NCBI RefSeq assembly: GCF_004010195.1
Contig: NC_057719.1
Location: forward strand, 9,769,003 to 9,789,002
Length of the DNA: 20,000 bases
Direction: 5' to 3'
Source: Chiloscyllium plagiosum
Lineage: Eukaryota
Shown: piece by piece, positions 1 through 9,706 of the stretch
Numbering within the stretch: position 1 is the stretch's first letter
Layout of the letters: each line of letters begins with the position of its first letter
Notes under the pieces: generated by a model
What the model was told of the DNA's origin: nothing
What the model saw: the letters and a program-made list of their open reading frames with translations, nothing else
Databases searched by the model: none
Position numbers and translations under genes: made by a program

Positions 1-515
1 GCACAAGTCAGGAGTGAGATGAAATACTCACCACTTGCCTGGCTGGGTGCTTCTCCAACACTCATGAAGCTTGACACCATCCAGGTCAAAGCAACCCGCT
101 TGACTGGCAACACATCCACAAACATCCATTCCCTCCACCACTGACACTCAGTATTAGCAGTGTGTACCACTTACACAATATACTGCAGAAACTCACCAAA
201 GATCCTTAGATAGCATCTTGCAATCTCATAAGCACTTCCATAATGCCCACAAGGGCAGCAAATACATAGGAACACCACCACCTGCAAGTTCCCCTCCAAG
301 CCACACACTATCCTGACTTAGAAATATATCACTGTTCCTTCAGGGTCACTGGGTCAAAATCCTGGAATTCCCTCATTAGGGGACTACCTACACTGAATGG
401 ACTGCAGTGGTTCAAGAAGGCAGCTCACCACCACCTTCTCAAGGGCAACTATAGACAGACAATGAATGCTGGTCCAACCACCAACACCTACATCCCATGA
501 GTAAATAATAAAAAG
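1..515 (+). mobile_element. 3' end of a decayed non-LTR retrotransposon (CR1/L2 group, 'LINE family A')
   Basis: Frame 1 reads AQVRSEMKYSPLAWLGASPTLMKLDTIQVKATRLTG, a typical LINE ORF2 C-terminal region; collinear with 2155-2713; ends in catcccatgagtaaataataaaaa. Confidence 0.85.
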
Positions 516-574
516 CCTTCTCCTTAGTTTCAGTGTTTCTATGGGAGGAGGGAAGGGTAAGGTGTGAAGGCTAA

Positions 575-602
575 GGGGAGGGGGTGGGGGTGGGGGGTTG
601 GG
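575..602 (+). repeat. G-tract cluster, potential G-quadruplex
   Basis: ggggagggggtgggggtggggggttggg: five G-runs of 3-6 with 1-2 nt loops. Confidence 0.6.
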
Positions 603-1050
603 AACCTGCTGGAGAATCCTTGTCCTGGCTACTAACCTTCATCCTCCCTTCATTCGTGACCCTAATATCACAAAATCTCACCCATCGGCACAATATCTGC
701 GGCATAGCTACAGGACAGGCTACATAATGGAAAGGATTCAAGGCAATCTGGCTTTTGTAAAATGACAATGCTTTGCAGCTACCAATAGCAAACTTAATTG
801 TGTCAGTCGTACATTGGGGAGTAAAAGTTGTCAGCTAATTCCTAATTTGTATTCACAGTAGAGTTGCTTTCTGAGTGTTGTGTCTGTCTATAACATCCCA
901 TTTGCTAACACAAATCCATTAACATCGACGAAAGTAATAATCTGTAGCTGTTAGCGAACCTATATTGAATGAAATATTTTCTCTCCCCTTTTTCATTATC
1001 CACAAAAAGCAAATAATGTCGAGAGAAAAAGCTGCTGTTGTCCAACATGC

Positions 1051-1269
1051 ATTTGCATATCTTTTTCAATCAAATTCAGCATCCAATAAATAAAGTGCCT
1101 GGCTAAAAGCATCTAATTATTCTGCAGCATTAGGAGCAACACTCTAAGAACAAATTATCTGTGCAAACAGCATAACTGGTTCACCTACGTTCTCTCGGCA
1201 GCACAGTGAAATTATCTGGTTTTATCCTGTTTCGGCAGATATCCAGAGTAACAGGGCATTGATTGACAG
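1051..1269. promoter_or_regulatory. Candidate enhancer motifs: octamer (ATTTGCAT 1051-1058) and PBX-MEIS/PREP decamer (TGATTGACAG 1260-1269)
   Basis: Exact motif matches inside a non-repetitive AT-rich island (~700-1600). Function not shown. Confidence 0.35.
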
Positions 1270-1604
1270 GAGTTCAAAAGACAAAAATACTGAATTTTCA
1301 GACAATACTCTTCGGGATTTATAGAGTACAGGTCATTTCAGATCAAATGAGCAAGCCACTTATCCCAAATAAAGCTAGACATCATTTCTATTCTGATACT
1401 TTATTGAGCAGTTTGTTAATAGTCTGCATTTACTATAGTTGGAGACATACTAACACTTGTTCTGGTCAGGTATTCCTTTCAGCTACAAAAACTAATTGGA
1501 GGCCAGACTGTGGATAATTGGAATTTCTCTCATGGCTTGCTTGTTGCCAGTGCACATACTAAAGTGTTACTGCTCATTGAAAGCCTTGTTTTTCAATGGT
1601 ACTT

Positions 1605-2713
1605 TCATGACCGGAGGACAAAAGAGCTGAATTCTAGAGGTGAAATGAGAGCAGCTGCCCTTGATCTCAAGGATGCATTTGACCAAGTGTCATGTCAAGG
1701 AGCCTGAGCAAAACTGGGATCAATATGAATCCAGGGTCAAACTCTCCACTGGTTGGAGTCATACCTGGCATATGGAAAGATGGTCATGGTTGTTGGAGGT
1801 CAGTTATCTCACTCCAGGACATCTCTGCAGGAAATACTCAGGGTTGTGTCCGAGGCCTAACTATTTTCAGCTGCTTCATCAATGACCTTCCTTCCATCAT
1901 TACATCAGACATGGCGATTTTCACAAACAATTGTACACTGAACCACAGCATTTGCGACTAAGCATATACTGAAGCAGTCTTTATTTAAGATCGGGACAAT
2001 ATCCAGGTTTGGGCTGACAAGTGGCAAGTAGCATTTGCACTATGCAAAGGCCAGGTATAGACCATCTTCAATCAGAGATGATCCAACCATCAGCCGTTGA
2101 CATTCAATGGTGTAATCATCACTGAATTGCAACAAGTAATTCATCTCCTGAATCAGGATACACCCCACTTGCCTGGTTGGGTGCAGCTCCAACAACACTC
2201 AAGGAGCTTAACGCCATCCAGGACAAAGTAGCCTGCTTGATTGGCACCACATCCACAAGCATCGATTCCCTCCACCACCGGCACTCAGTAACAACAGTGT
2301 GTACTATCTACAAGATGCACTGCAGAAATTCACCAAAACTCCTGAGACAGTACCTTCCAAACACATGACCTCTTCTATCTAGAAGGACAAGGGCATCAGA
2401 TACATGGGAACATCACTCCCTGCAAGTTCCCCTCTAAGCCACTCACCATCTTGAGTTAGAAATACGTCACCATTCCTTCAGTGTAGCTGGCTCAAAATCA
2501 CGGAAGTTCTGCCATATTGTGGTTCTATGTAGACCCAGCATTCCCTCTAATCTACTTCCCAACTATGTGGCCCTCCGACGTCCATGCAAGGCAGCCTAGA
2601 GGAAACGTTGCCTTTCACCATTGGGCTGCAGCAGTTCAAGCAGTCAGCTCACAACAACAACTAAGGACGGGCAATAAACGTTGGCCCAGCCCATGTCCCA
2701 CGAGTGAATAAAA
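1605..2713 (+). mobile_element. 5'-truncated decayed LINE family A copy with reverse transcriptase remnants
   Basis: Frames give ALDLKDAFDQV and AGNTQGCVRGLTIFSCFINDLP...AIFTNNCT (degenerate GVPQG and FADD RT motifs), with stops and frameshifts; internal deletion near 2130; tail gagtgaataaaaa as in 1-515. Confidence 0.9.
2536..2610. mobile_element. 75-bp MITE-like insertion, hAT-like termini
   Basis: Absent from the paralogous LINE copy at 1-515; left end cagcattccctcta matches the reverse complement of the right end (caacgtttcctcta) at 11/14. TSD not recognisable. Confidence 0.5.
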
Positions 2714-2734
2714 ATTGGACACCTCAAAGAACAC

Positions 2735-2914
2735 TATACCCTTCAGAAGTGACATCATTATTGAACTGTACAAAACACAGAGCCAATTTACATACATGAA
2801 TGTCCCAAACTGCAATGTGCTAATGAGCAGATAATCTGTTTTAATGGATGCTGCTTGAGAGAGAAATGTAGGCCAAGACACTGAGCAGAACTCTGTTGCT
2901 GTATTTCAAAATAG
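2735..2914 (-). mobile_element. Deu-domain SINE (SacSINE1/AmnSINE1-like), 3' part
   Basis: gccaatttacatac...gcaatgtgctaatgagcagataatctgtttt...ggccaagacac matches the recalled reverse-strand Deu domain; continues at 3843. Confidence 0.75.
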
Positions 2915-3842
2915 GAATACAGGAGCAGGAGATGGTCATTCAGCCTCTCAAGGATGCTTAGAGCATGAACAATCATCTACCTCAATTCTAGTCTTCTGCT
3001 CTATCACCCCATCTCTTGATTCCATTTGTAACGAGAACTCAACCACAGTCTTTTGGGATATAAATTCCAAATATCTTTTCATGAAGAAATTTTTTCACAC
3101 TTCAGTCCTACTTTGCTCACCAGTTCTAGCATCCCAACTGGGAGTGGCCTACACAAGAGATCAGCGCACTGTTTGCTCCTCTGGGCCTCCCTCTTGGACA
3201 ACTACCAGCAACATCTCGGGACACACACTTCGTGAGCAGTGACCACCTGTATCCCTCAGCCATAAAGAATGGCATCTGACACACACCAACCTTCCTGGAA
3301 CATCATTCCCTACCCACTTACAGTGCTCTGCAATTCAATGTCATAATTCAGAGAACTGGCATCTACCATTGTAATTCTGCTGCTAGGACACTTACCTCAA
3401 CGAGCTGAGCAGGATGCAAATCAGGCTATTTCACTTATCCTTTGGTGGTCACTCACTTTGCACATTCTTGGATACTCACTGCATCTCTGCATTATCTTAG
3501 AGTCACGGAGACAGGTTCTTTGGCCCAAACTGGCCCATGCCAACCAAAATGTCCATCCGTGCTAACTCCATTTCCCTGCACTTGGCCCATATCCTTCTAA
3601 ACATTTCTTGCTTTGTCTGTTTGCACTTTGCCTCCATAGCCACAGCTTAAAGGATCACTTCCGACTTGCAGGGCCTTTTAGAACTGACAAAGTTGGACAG
3701 CTCGTTATTCCTCTAAACTTCAGAGAATACAGGCTCAGTTGTCTCACACTTTTCTTTTTGGCTACTCCTGCCTTCTCAGGAATGGGAGTGGTGAATCTTT
3801 TCTGTGCTCCTTCCAATGTTAACTCTTCCCTTCCTTAGGTTG
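2912..3842 (-). mobile_element. Decayed CR1 3' fragment with secondary inserts (second CR1 tail at ~3497-3608; unassigned DNA at ~3150-3495 and ~3610-3700)
   Basis: Starts with reverse CR1 tail ataggaatacaggagcaggagatggtcattcagcc; CR1-like sequence resumes ~3700 (ctctaaacttcagagaatacaggc); similar to 5208-5622 and 6272-6400. Confidence 0.7.
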
Positions 3843-4056
3843 TAGTATCAGGAGATCGTTTACACCTGCCTGAGGAGGCAGATGAGGCTTCACTTTAGTG
3901 CCTCATGTGAAAAGCAGTACCTCTGACAGTGCAGCACTCCCTCAGTACTCCACTATAGCTGTCAGCATTGGTACTTCTGCACTCTAACTTGAAACAGCAC
4001 TTGAACCCACAACCTGCTGACTCAAAGGACAGGACATTACTAACTGAGTCACAACT
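3843..4056 (-). mobile_element. Deu-domain SINE, 5' part with tRNA-like head
   Basis: cctctgacagtgcagcactccctcagtactccact core; B-box-like gggttcaagtgc on the minus strand (3997-4008); collinear continuation of 2735-2914. Confidence 0.8.
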
Positions 4057-4381
4057 TATACCTTCCAGAAGTGTGGTGGGATCAAGACACATCAGAGTGT
4101 CTCCAGTTCTAAAAGAACTTTAAAGGAGATGGAGATGTTCTGAGTGTGCTGGCCAACACTGGTGTAGAAAACACCATGTCAGTCAGGGATAACTAAACAT
4201 TTTCCACCAAACGTGATATCCACTTATTTTGAACTCCAACTCTATTTTAACAGTGCGCAGAGAAGCAAACAGTTTGCTGCCTGTGACAAACAGAACACAT
4301 GACCAAAACTGCAGCAATGGCTCCTGCTGAAAGCAGAATGATTTCTCAAGCATAATGCAGCGTTTGGTGAACAGTTACGTA

Positions 4382-4450
4382 ATGCAAATTATGTGCACAG
4401 AATCAATCCCAGACACAAACTGTAGCACAGTCTCCAGACATGATTGACAG
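4382..4450 (+). promoter_or_regulatory. Candidate enhancer motifs: octamer (ATGCAAAT 4382-4389) and TGATTGACAG (4441-4450)
   Basis: Exact matches in a non-repetitive island (~4200-4900), followed by a TAAT-type site (aattaatc). Confidence 0.4.
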
Positions 4451-4929
4451 GGAAATTAATCAGTCATCTCGAAACTGGCCTGGAATAATGGTGTCACTAT
4501 CTGCAGCCTTGTATAACTGTCAGGTCAGATCCACAATGATAACCTTCAAGACGTGCAGCAAGTTTTTCCTGTTCCACCAGCCTGTCTCTTAGGACAGATG
4601 ACACCCTGAAGCTAAATGTAATGTTCACGTGCTTAAACATCAGAGTAATGCTTCTAGTATTTAAATCGCCATTACTCTTACCGAGACCAAGAAATAACAA
4701 TGGCATATCAGAACAGGTTGTCTTTTTGAAAATATTTATTAAGGGTTCGATGTTATGCTGTGCAACTGAATAAAACCAATTCCATTTGCTGCAAGTCTTT
4801 GAAACTCAAAGTGTTTCTGAATCTAACCTTACATAGGCCAAGGCTGCAGCATTTTGTGAAGCTCCAAAGGTTTCTAATAGCATCACTGCTCCTGAAAACC
4901 CACAGGCTGCTGCTACCTGGTGTAAGATG

Positions 4930-5083
4930 GGATGAGATAGACTCTTCATTAGTCGGGGAATCAAGGGAAAGGGCTGGATCGTGGACTTGAGGAGTGTTGG
5001 ATCAGCTGTGATCCTATTGAATGGAGGAGCCCCCTCAAACAGCTGAACAGCCTCCTCTTGTTCCTTTTTCTTGTGGTCTGATG
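4930..5083 (+). mobile_element. CR1 extreme 3' tail fragment
   Basis: ggatcagctgtgatcctattgaatggaggagc...tcttgtggtctgatg; similar to 15195-15285. Confidence 0.75.
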
Positions 5084-5207
5084 GTTATAATGATAACCCT
5101 CAAGCCACCTCTACAATTTCATATTCTCCTGCACTGGGATGCCCTTGCCTATATCCATCGCTGCCAAGCTGTTTTCACTCAATGTCCATGACAAAGTTGT
5201 CCTATAT

Positions 5208-5622
5208 ACCATAAGACCAGAAGATGTAGGAGCAGAACTTGACCATTCACTCCATCAAATCTGCTTGGTCCTTCAATGAGATCATGGCTGTTCTCATAAT
5301 CCTCAAACTCCACTTTCCTTGACTCGCTTACTGATTAAAATCTGTCCAATTCAGCCTTGAATATAGTTTATGACTATGCCTCAATAGGCCTCTGTATAAG
5401 GAATTCCATAGATTCACTAATTTCTGACAGAAGGTCTTCCTTTTCATTTCTATTGTATATGAAGGGTGGCCTCTGAAATCATGCCTCTGGTCCTATACTC
5501 TCCTTAGACAAGGTGAAACAGCCTTTCCATATCTTTCCGGTCAAGTCTCCTCAGAATCTTTCACGTTTCAAAAAGTTCTCCTCTTCTGCTTTGAATCTCT
5601 AATGAGCACAGGCCTAAACTAC
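5208..5622 (-). mobile_element. CR1 fragment, 3' part (interrupted by LTR-like insert)
   Basis: Reverse tail accataagaccagaagatgtaggagcagaa...caatgagatcatggctg; continues at 6272. Confidence 0.85.
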
Positions 5623-6270
5623 CATTATGAACCAGACCAAACTACCTCTAATACACTAAGAAGATATCCAAGATGCTAACTTTTTTATTTTAAAGGCAAG
5701 AGCCAGGAGTTGCATTCCAGATGCAAATTTGATTGGTCAACTACCAGGCTTGAAGAAAAACACACTTAATTTCCACACTACAATTAAAATACATCTCAGG
5801 AAAAAATTGGAATAATTGACTCTATTGGAAAACTTAACCGCATAACAGATAATTTAACTACTAAAAAGTTCCAATGTTGTAATATCCCAGAAACACACCC
5901 TTGGAAAAGGCAAATTCAGTAAAATAGGTTTTCTCACAGGCAATTCTCCAGCCCGGGAGGAAAATAAAAGCATCAAAAGAAAACTCAGAGAGAGAATAAC
6001 AGGGAGAGATGTACTACAGCTTCCAAACCGAGCTTCCAGACTCCAGCAACTGCCACTGAAAAGCGAAAACAAAAAAATCCTATTTCCGTGGGAGCTTGAT
6101 CCCACCCAGTCAGACTGCTTCTATTGTTCCAACTTTAAAACCATCCCCAGGGCATCACAAGCTGTACACTTCATTGGCTTTCAGCCAACAGCTTGGTGCC
6201 TCTGCCTCAAAACCACTCTTCAAAAAATACCAGGGCAAGATGCACCTCTTAAAGCCATAGCATTGACACA
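5623..6270 (-). mobile_element. Probable solo LTR (~650 bp)
   Basis: Clean insertion splitting a CR1; minus strand begins TG, has AATAAA (5684-5689) about 60 nt before its end, no recognisable protein; resembles shark LTRs I recall. Terminal CA and TSD not preserved. Confidence 0.55.
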
Positions 6271-6271
6271 T

Positions 6272-6885
6272 GATTTAATATCTCCTCATAGGAACATCTG
6301 TCCCTATCAGGAATCAATCTTGAGGATGTTCTCTGGACTGCCTCCAATGCTATTAGATCTTTATTGAGACAAGAAACCCAAAACTGTTCACATTGTTCCA
6401 GCTGTAGTCTGACCCATGCCTTGGATAGCTTTAGTATGACTTCTTTATTTTTTATATACTATTCCCTTTGAAGTAAAGGTCAAAAATTCATTTACCTTCC
6501 CTATGATGTGTTTGGATGCTAGCTTTTTGTTGTTCCTGCCCAGCACCCCCAAATCCCTCTGTGCTGCAGTTTTCTGTATTCTTTTCTTATTTAAATAACA
6601 TTAAACTCTTCTATTACTCCTTCCACTTTCCCACATAATATTACATTGACCAGGTCTCTGTCCACTCACTCATCCTGTTTATATCCCTCTGTAGACTCCT
6701 TGTGTCATTCTCACTACTTTGCTTCCCATCTATTTTTGTAACATCCACAAAGTTGGTGGTGGAATATTTACTTCTGTCATTGTTATATTTTGTAAATAAT
6801 TGTGGCCCCTGCGGTACTCCACTAGTTATGGGTTGCCATCCTGAAAATGCTCGCTTTATTTCAACTCTCTATCTTCTATTAGAAT
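6272..6885 (-). mobile_element. CR1 fragment, continuation
   Basis: cccaaaactgttcacattgttccagctgtagtctgacc is the reverse of VRLQLEQCEQFW (CR1 ORF2 VRPHLEYCVQFW); ggcccctgcggtactccactag is the reverse of the SGVPQG region. Confidence 0.85.
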
Positions 6886-7135
6886 TATAGAATCCCTAGA
6901 GTATGGAGACAAGCCATTAGGCCAAAGTGATTACTGCAGATGCTGGAGATCAGAGTCAAGATTAGAGTGATGCTGCATCCGAGGAGCAGGAAAATCAACA
7001 TTTCAGGCGAAAGCCCTTCATCATTCAGTCAAGCCACTTGGTCAATAGAATCCACACCAACCCTCCAAACAGCATCCCACCCAGACCCACTCTCCTACCT
7101 TAACTCTACATTTTTCACATGGTTAACCCACCAAA
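6880..7135 (-). mobile_element. HE1-like SINE 3' tail fragment, interrupted by a Penelope-like end
   Basis: atagaatccctagagtatggagacaagcc...tccacaccaaccctccaaacagcatcccacccagaccca; similar to 9035-9115. Confidence 0.7.
6926..7029 (-). mobile_element. Penelope-like element end with degraded hammerhead
   Basis: Similar to 16731-16861; minus strand tgatgaagggctttcgcctgaaatgtt; flanked by a diverged 16-bp duplication caagccattaggccaa (6910-6925) / caagccacttggtcaa (7030-7045). Confidence 0.75.
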
Positions 7136-7241
7136 CTCTGAAATCATGCCTCTCATCCTATATGCACCTTAGACAAGGTGAAACAGCCTTTCTATATCTT
7201 TCCGATCAAGTCTCCTCAGAATCTTTCATGTTTCAAAAAGT
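7136..7241 (+). repeat. 106-bp direct duplicate of 5471-5576
   Basis: Ungapped manual alignment, 8 mismatches in 106 nt. Confidence 0.95.
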
Positions 7242-7834
7242 GGTCAGGCAGCATCCGAGCATCAGTGCAATCTCAGCCAATTGGAGGAAAGCACCACAAT
7301 GTAGGAAGAGGCTTAATGACTTTTTGCACTTTGCCACCAATCTGTCTCTGATGCCTCACACCAAGACGCATGCTCCATCATTCCCTCGAATATCCTCCCC
7401 ATTCACTGCCTCCCACCCTAACACTTGGCAGCACCATCCCTCCATGCTCATTGCTTAATCATACGTCCAGGGCCCCTTCTCATCTGCATTGGCAATACCA
7501 GTTGTGTCACTCACTTTCATCTTCTGTAATACATGTCCCTCTCCAAATTCCAAGAGGAAAAGGGCTCACAATATGCTGAGCCAAGCTGAATGGTGTTCTG
7601 CCTGACATTGGCCATTCCTTACATGAAAAGTATCTTGATTTTGACTATCAAACAGCTGACTGACAGCGTCCAAACCCATGGACTGCTACTGGATGTTGCT
7701 GTTCACTTAACGTGCCAGTCAATGTGCAATTGACTGAGGATAGCTGACAACCATATCAAGGTTGTGCCTGGGCTAGGCAAGGCAACACAGAGGTAATAGG
7801 AGACTGGTATTCCTGGTGGGGGGGTTGGGGAACA

Positions 7835-8132
7835 TACAAAATGACAAGGCAAGGCAGGAGTTCTGTGAGAATCCAGGTAGGCTGAGAGCGATTGAGTGCT
7901 GCAACAAGAAGAAAACATCCCAGAGATGTAGCCTGGCCCAGCCCAAGAGCTCGGTGTGTGTTCTTGAGCAAACAGAATCCTTACTACAGCATTACAATGA
8001 GAGTTTCTGGTGCTCCTGGAGTTACAGCACTGCAGGTGTAGATTGTTTCTAATCAACCTGTTCAGAGACATTATGACAGGACTCTGGAGCAGGTGGGTCT
8101 TGAACCTGGGCTTCCTAGTTCAAAGGTAAGTG
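7835..8132 (-). mobile_element. tRNA-derived SINE ('family C') with (CCTTG)n-type tail
   Basis: Minus-strand head cccaggttcaagacccacctgctccag (B-box-like); body collinear with 12865-13150. Confidence 0.7.
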
Positions 8133-8562
8133 GACTGGAGATTTGTAATGAGGGTTCTTAGAGGCTGGCACATGTTGCATGCCAATGTTTGTGCAAGTGG
8201 TACATGGTTGGTGCCCATGGAGCATACTCTGAGATGTTAGCACCTGGTGTCCAACATGGAGGCCCCTCAGAACAAATGGCAAGATAAAGTCAGCAGGAAC
8301 CTACTCTGGCTTCCATATCGAGAATGCTCCATATTTTGGTGCATTTGGTAAGACACGGTGTTAAACATAAGTGAGGCGAGCCAGACCATTAATAAACAGT
8401 TTAACAAGGTATAATCTCCCTTAACTGACAACCCACCACTGCCCGGCATGAATCTATCCTTGTCTTTTGGCAGATGCTTAAAGATGAGATATTCCCAAAG
8501 ACAAGACAAGCCTTGCCTGAATCAGCCATTAATCTTGTCACATTCCATGCTATAGCCCTTTA

Positions 8563-8678
8563 AGATGGCACCCATGTCTTCAGTTACACAGTCCCTTAGC
8601 TCTGGAATAGCTAGCTGAAACCTTGCCACCTCTCAATCGCTCTCTTCTTTTAAGATAAATCTACTTCTTTGCTCAAGT
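8563..8678 (+). mobile_element. L2-like 3' tail, left part
   Basis: agctctggaatag...cttttaagataaatctacttctttg resembles the L2 LWNSLP...FK..LKTYLF end; continues at 9597. Confidence 0.55.
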
Positions 8679-9596
8679 CTTTATTGGTCAGTGCATTGAG
8701 TGTAGGGGTTGGGAGGTCATGTTGTGGCTGTACAGGACATTGGTTAGGCCATGTTTGGAATGTTGTGTGCAATTCTTGTGTCTCTCCTGTAGGAAGGATG
8801 TTGAAAGGGTTCAGAAAAGATTTACAAGGATATTGCCAGGATTGGAGGGTTTGAGCTACAGGGAGAGGGTGAACAGGCTGGGGCTATTTTCCCTGGAATG
8901 TCAGAGGCTGAGGGGTGATCTCATAGAAGTTTATAAAATAATGAGGGCATGGATAGGGTAAATAGACAAAGTCTTTTCCCTGGGATGGGGGGAGTCCAGA
9001 ACTAGAGGGCATAGGTTTAGATTAGATTAGATTACTTACAGTGTGGAAACAGGCCCTTCGGCCCAACAAGTCCACACCAACCTGCCGAAGCGTAACCCAC
9101 CCAGACCCATTCCCCTACATTTACTCCTTCACCTAACACTACAGGGAATTTAGCATGGCCAATTCACCTAACCTGCACATTTTTTGGATTGTGGGAAGAA
9201 ACTGGAGCACCCAGAGGAAACCCACGCAGACACGGGGAGAATGTGCAAACTCCATACAGAGGTGGGAATTGAACCCGGGTCTCTGGCGCTGTGAGGCAGC
9301 AGGTTTAGGGTGAGAGGGGAAAGATTTAAAAGGGACCTAAGGGGCAACGTTTTCATGCAAAGGGTGGTGCGTGGATGAAATGAGCTTCCAGAGGAAGTGG
9401 TGGAGGCAGGTACAATTAGAACATTTAAAAGGCATCTACATGGGTATATGAATAGGAAGGGTATATGAATAGGAAGGGTTTAGAGGGATATAAGCCAAAT
9501 ACAGGAAAATGAGACTAGATTAATTTAGGATATCTGTTCAGCATGGCCGAATTGGACCAGAGGGTCTGTTTCCAGGCTGTACAATTCTCTGACTCT
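8679..9596 (+). mobile_element. 5'-truncated CR1 (HER1-like) LINE
   Basis: ORF 8719-8961 LYRTLVRPCLECCVQF...ERVQKRFTRILPGLEGLSYRERVNRLGLFSLECQRLRGDLIEVYKIM is CR1 ORF2 C-terminus; 17-bp tandem duplication at 9442-9475. Confidence 0.95.
9021..9300 (-). mobile_element. HE1-type V-SINE, slightly 5'-truncated
   Basis: V-domain reverse ggagcacccagaggaaacccacgcagacacggggagaatgtgcaaactcc; (TCTAA)n tail; perfect 8-bp TSD aggtttag at 9013-9020 and 9301-9308. Confidence 0.95.
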
Positions 9597-9706
9597 CAGC
9601 TTTTGGTGTTCTGTCCTAATATCTCCTTTTAGGTCTCAATGTCCAATTTTGTCGACAAAGTGCCTTGGCACCTCTTTCCATAATTATTAAATGAAATTTG
9701 TTGTTG
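9597..9706 (+). mobile_element. L2-like 3' tail, right part
   Basis: gcttttggtgttctgtcctaatatctcctt...aagtgccttgg...ttgttgttg terminal microsatellite. Confidence 0.55.

Noticed and set aside
3310..3360. Possible Rex1 DYSSAFNTII remnant
   Set aside because: Similarity too short and needs indels; unsupported.
6940..7458. Longest ORF (172 aa) as a gene
   Set aside because: It runs across a Penelope end, a SINE tail, a duplicated antisense CR1 piece and unassigned DNA, so it is a chance chimeric frame.
7703..8071. Similar peptides here and at 12894-13079 (NSHCNA, ALNxSxPTWILT) as duplicated exons
   Set aside because: Frames shift between copies, the plus frame has a stop in copy 2, and a tRNA-like head plus microsatellite tail explain both as SINE copies.
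9442..9479. Direct repeats here, at 12001-12024 and at ~19931-19958 as an array or CRISPR
   Set aside because: Two-unit slippage duplications without spacers inside TEs; eukaryotic context and no cas genes.
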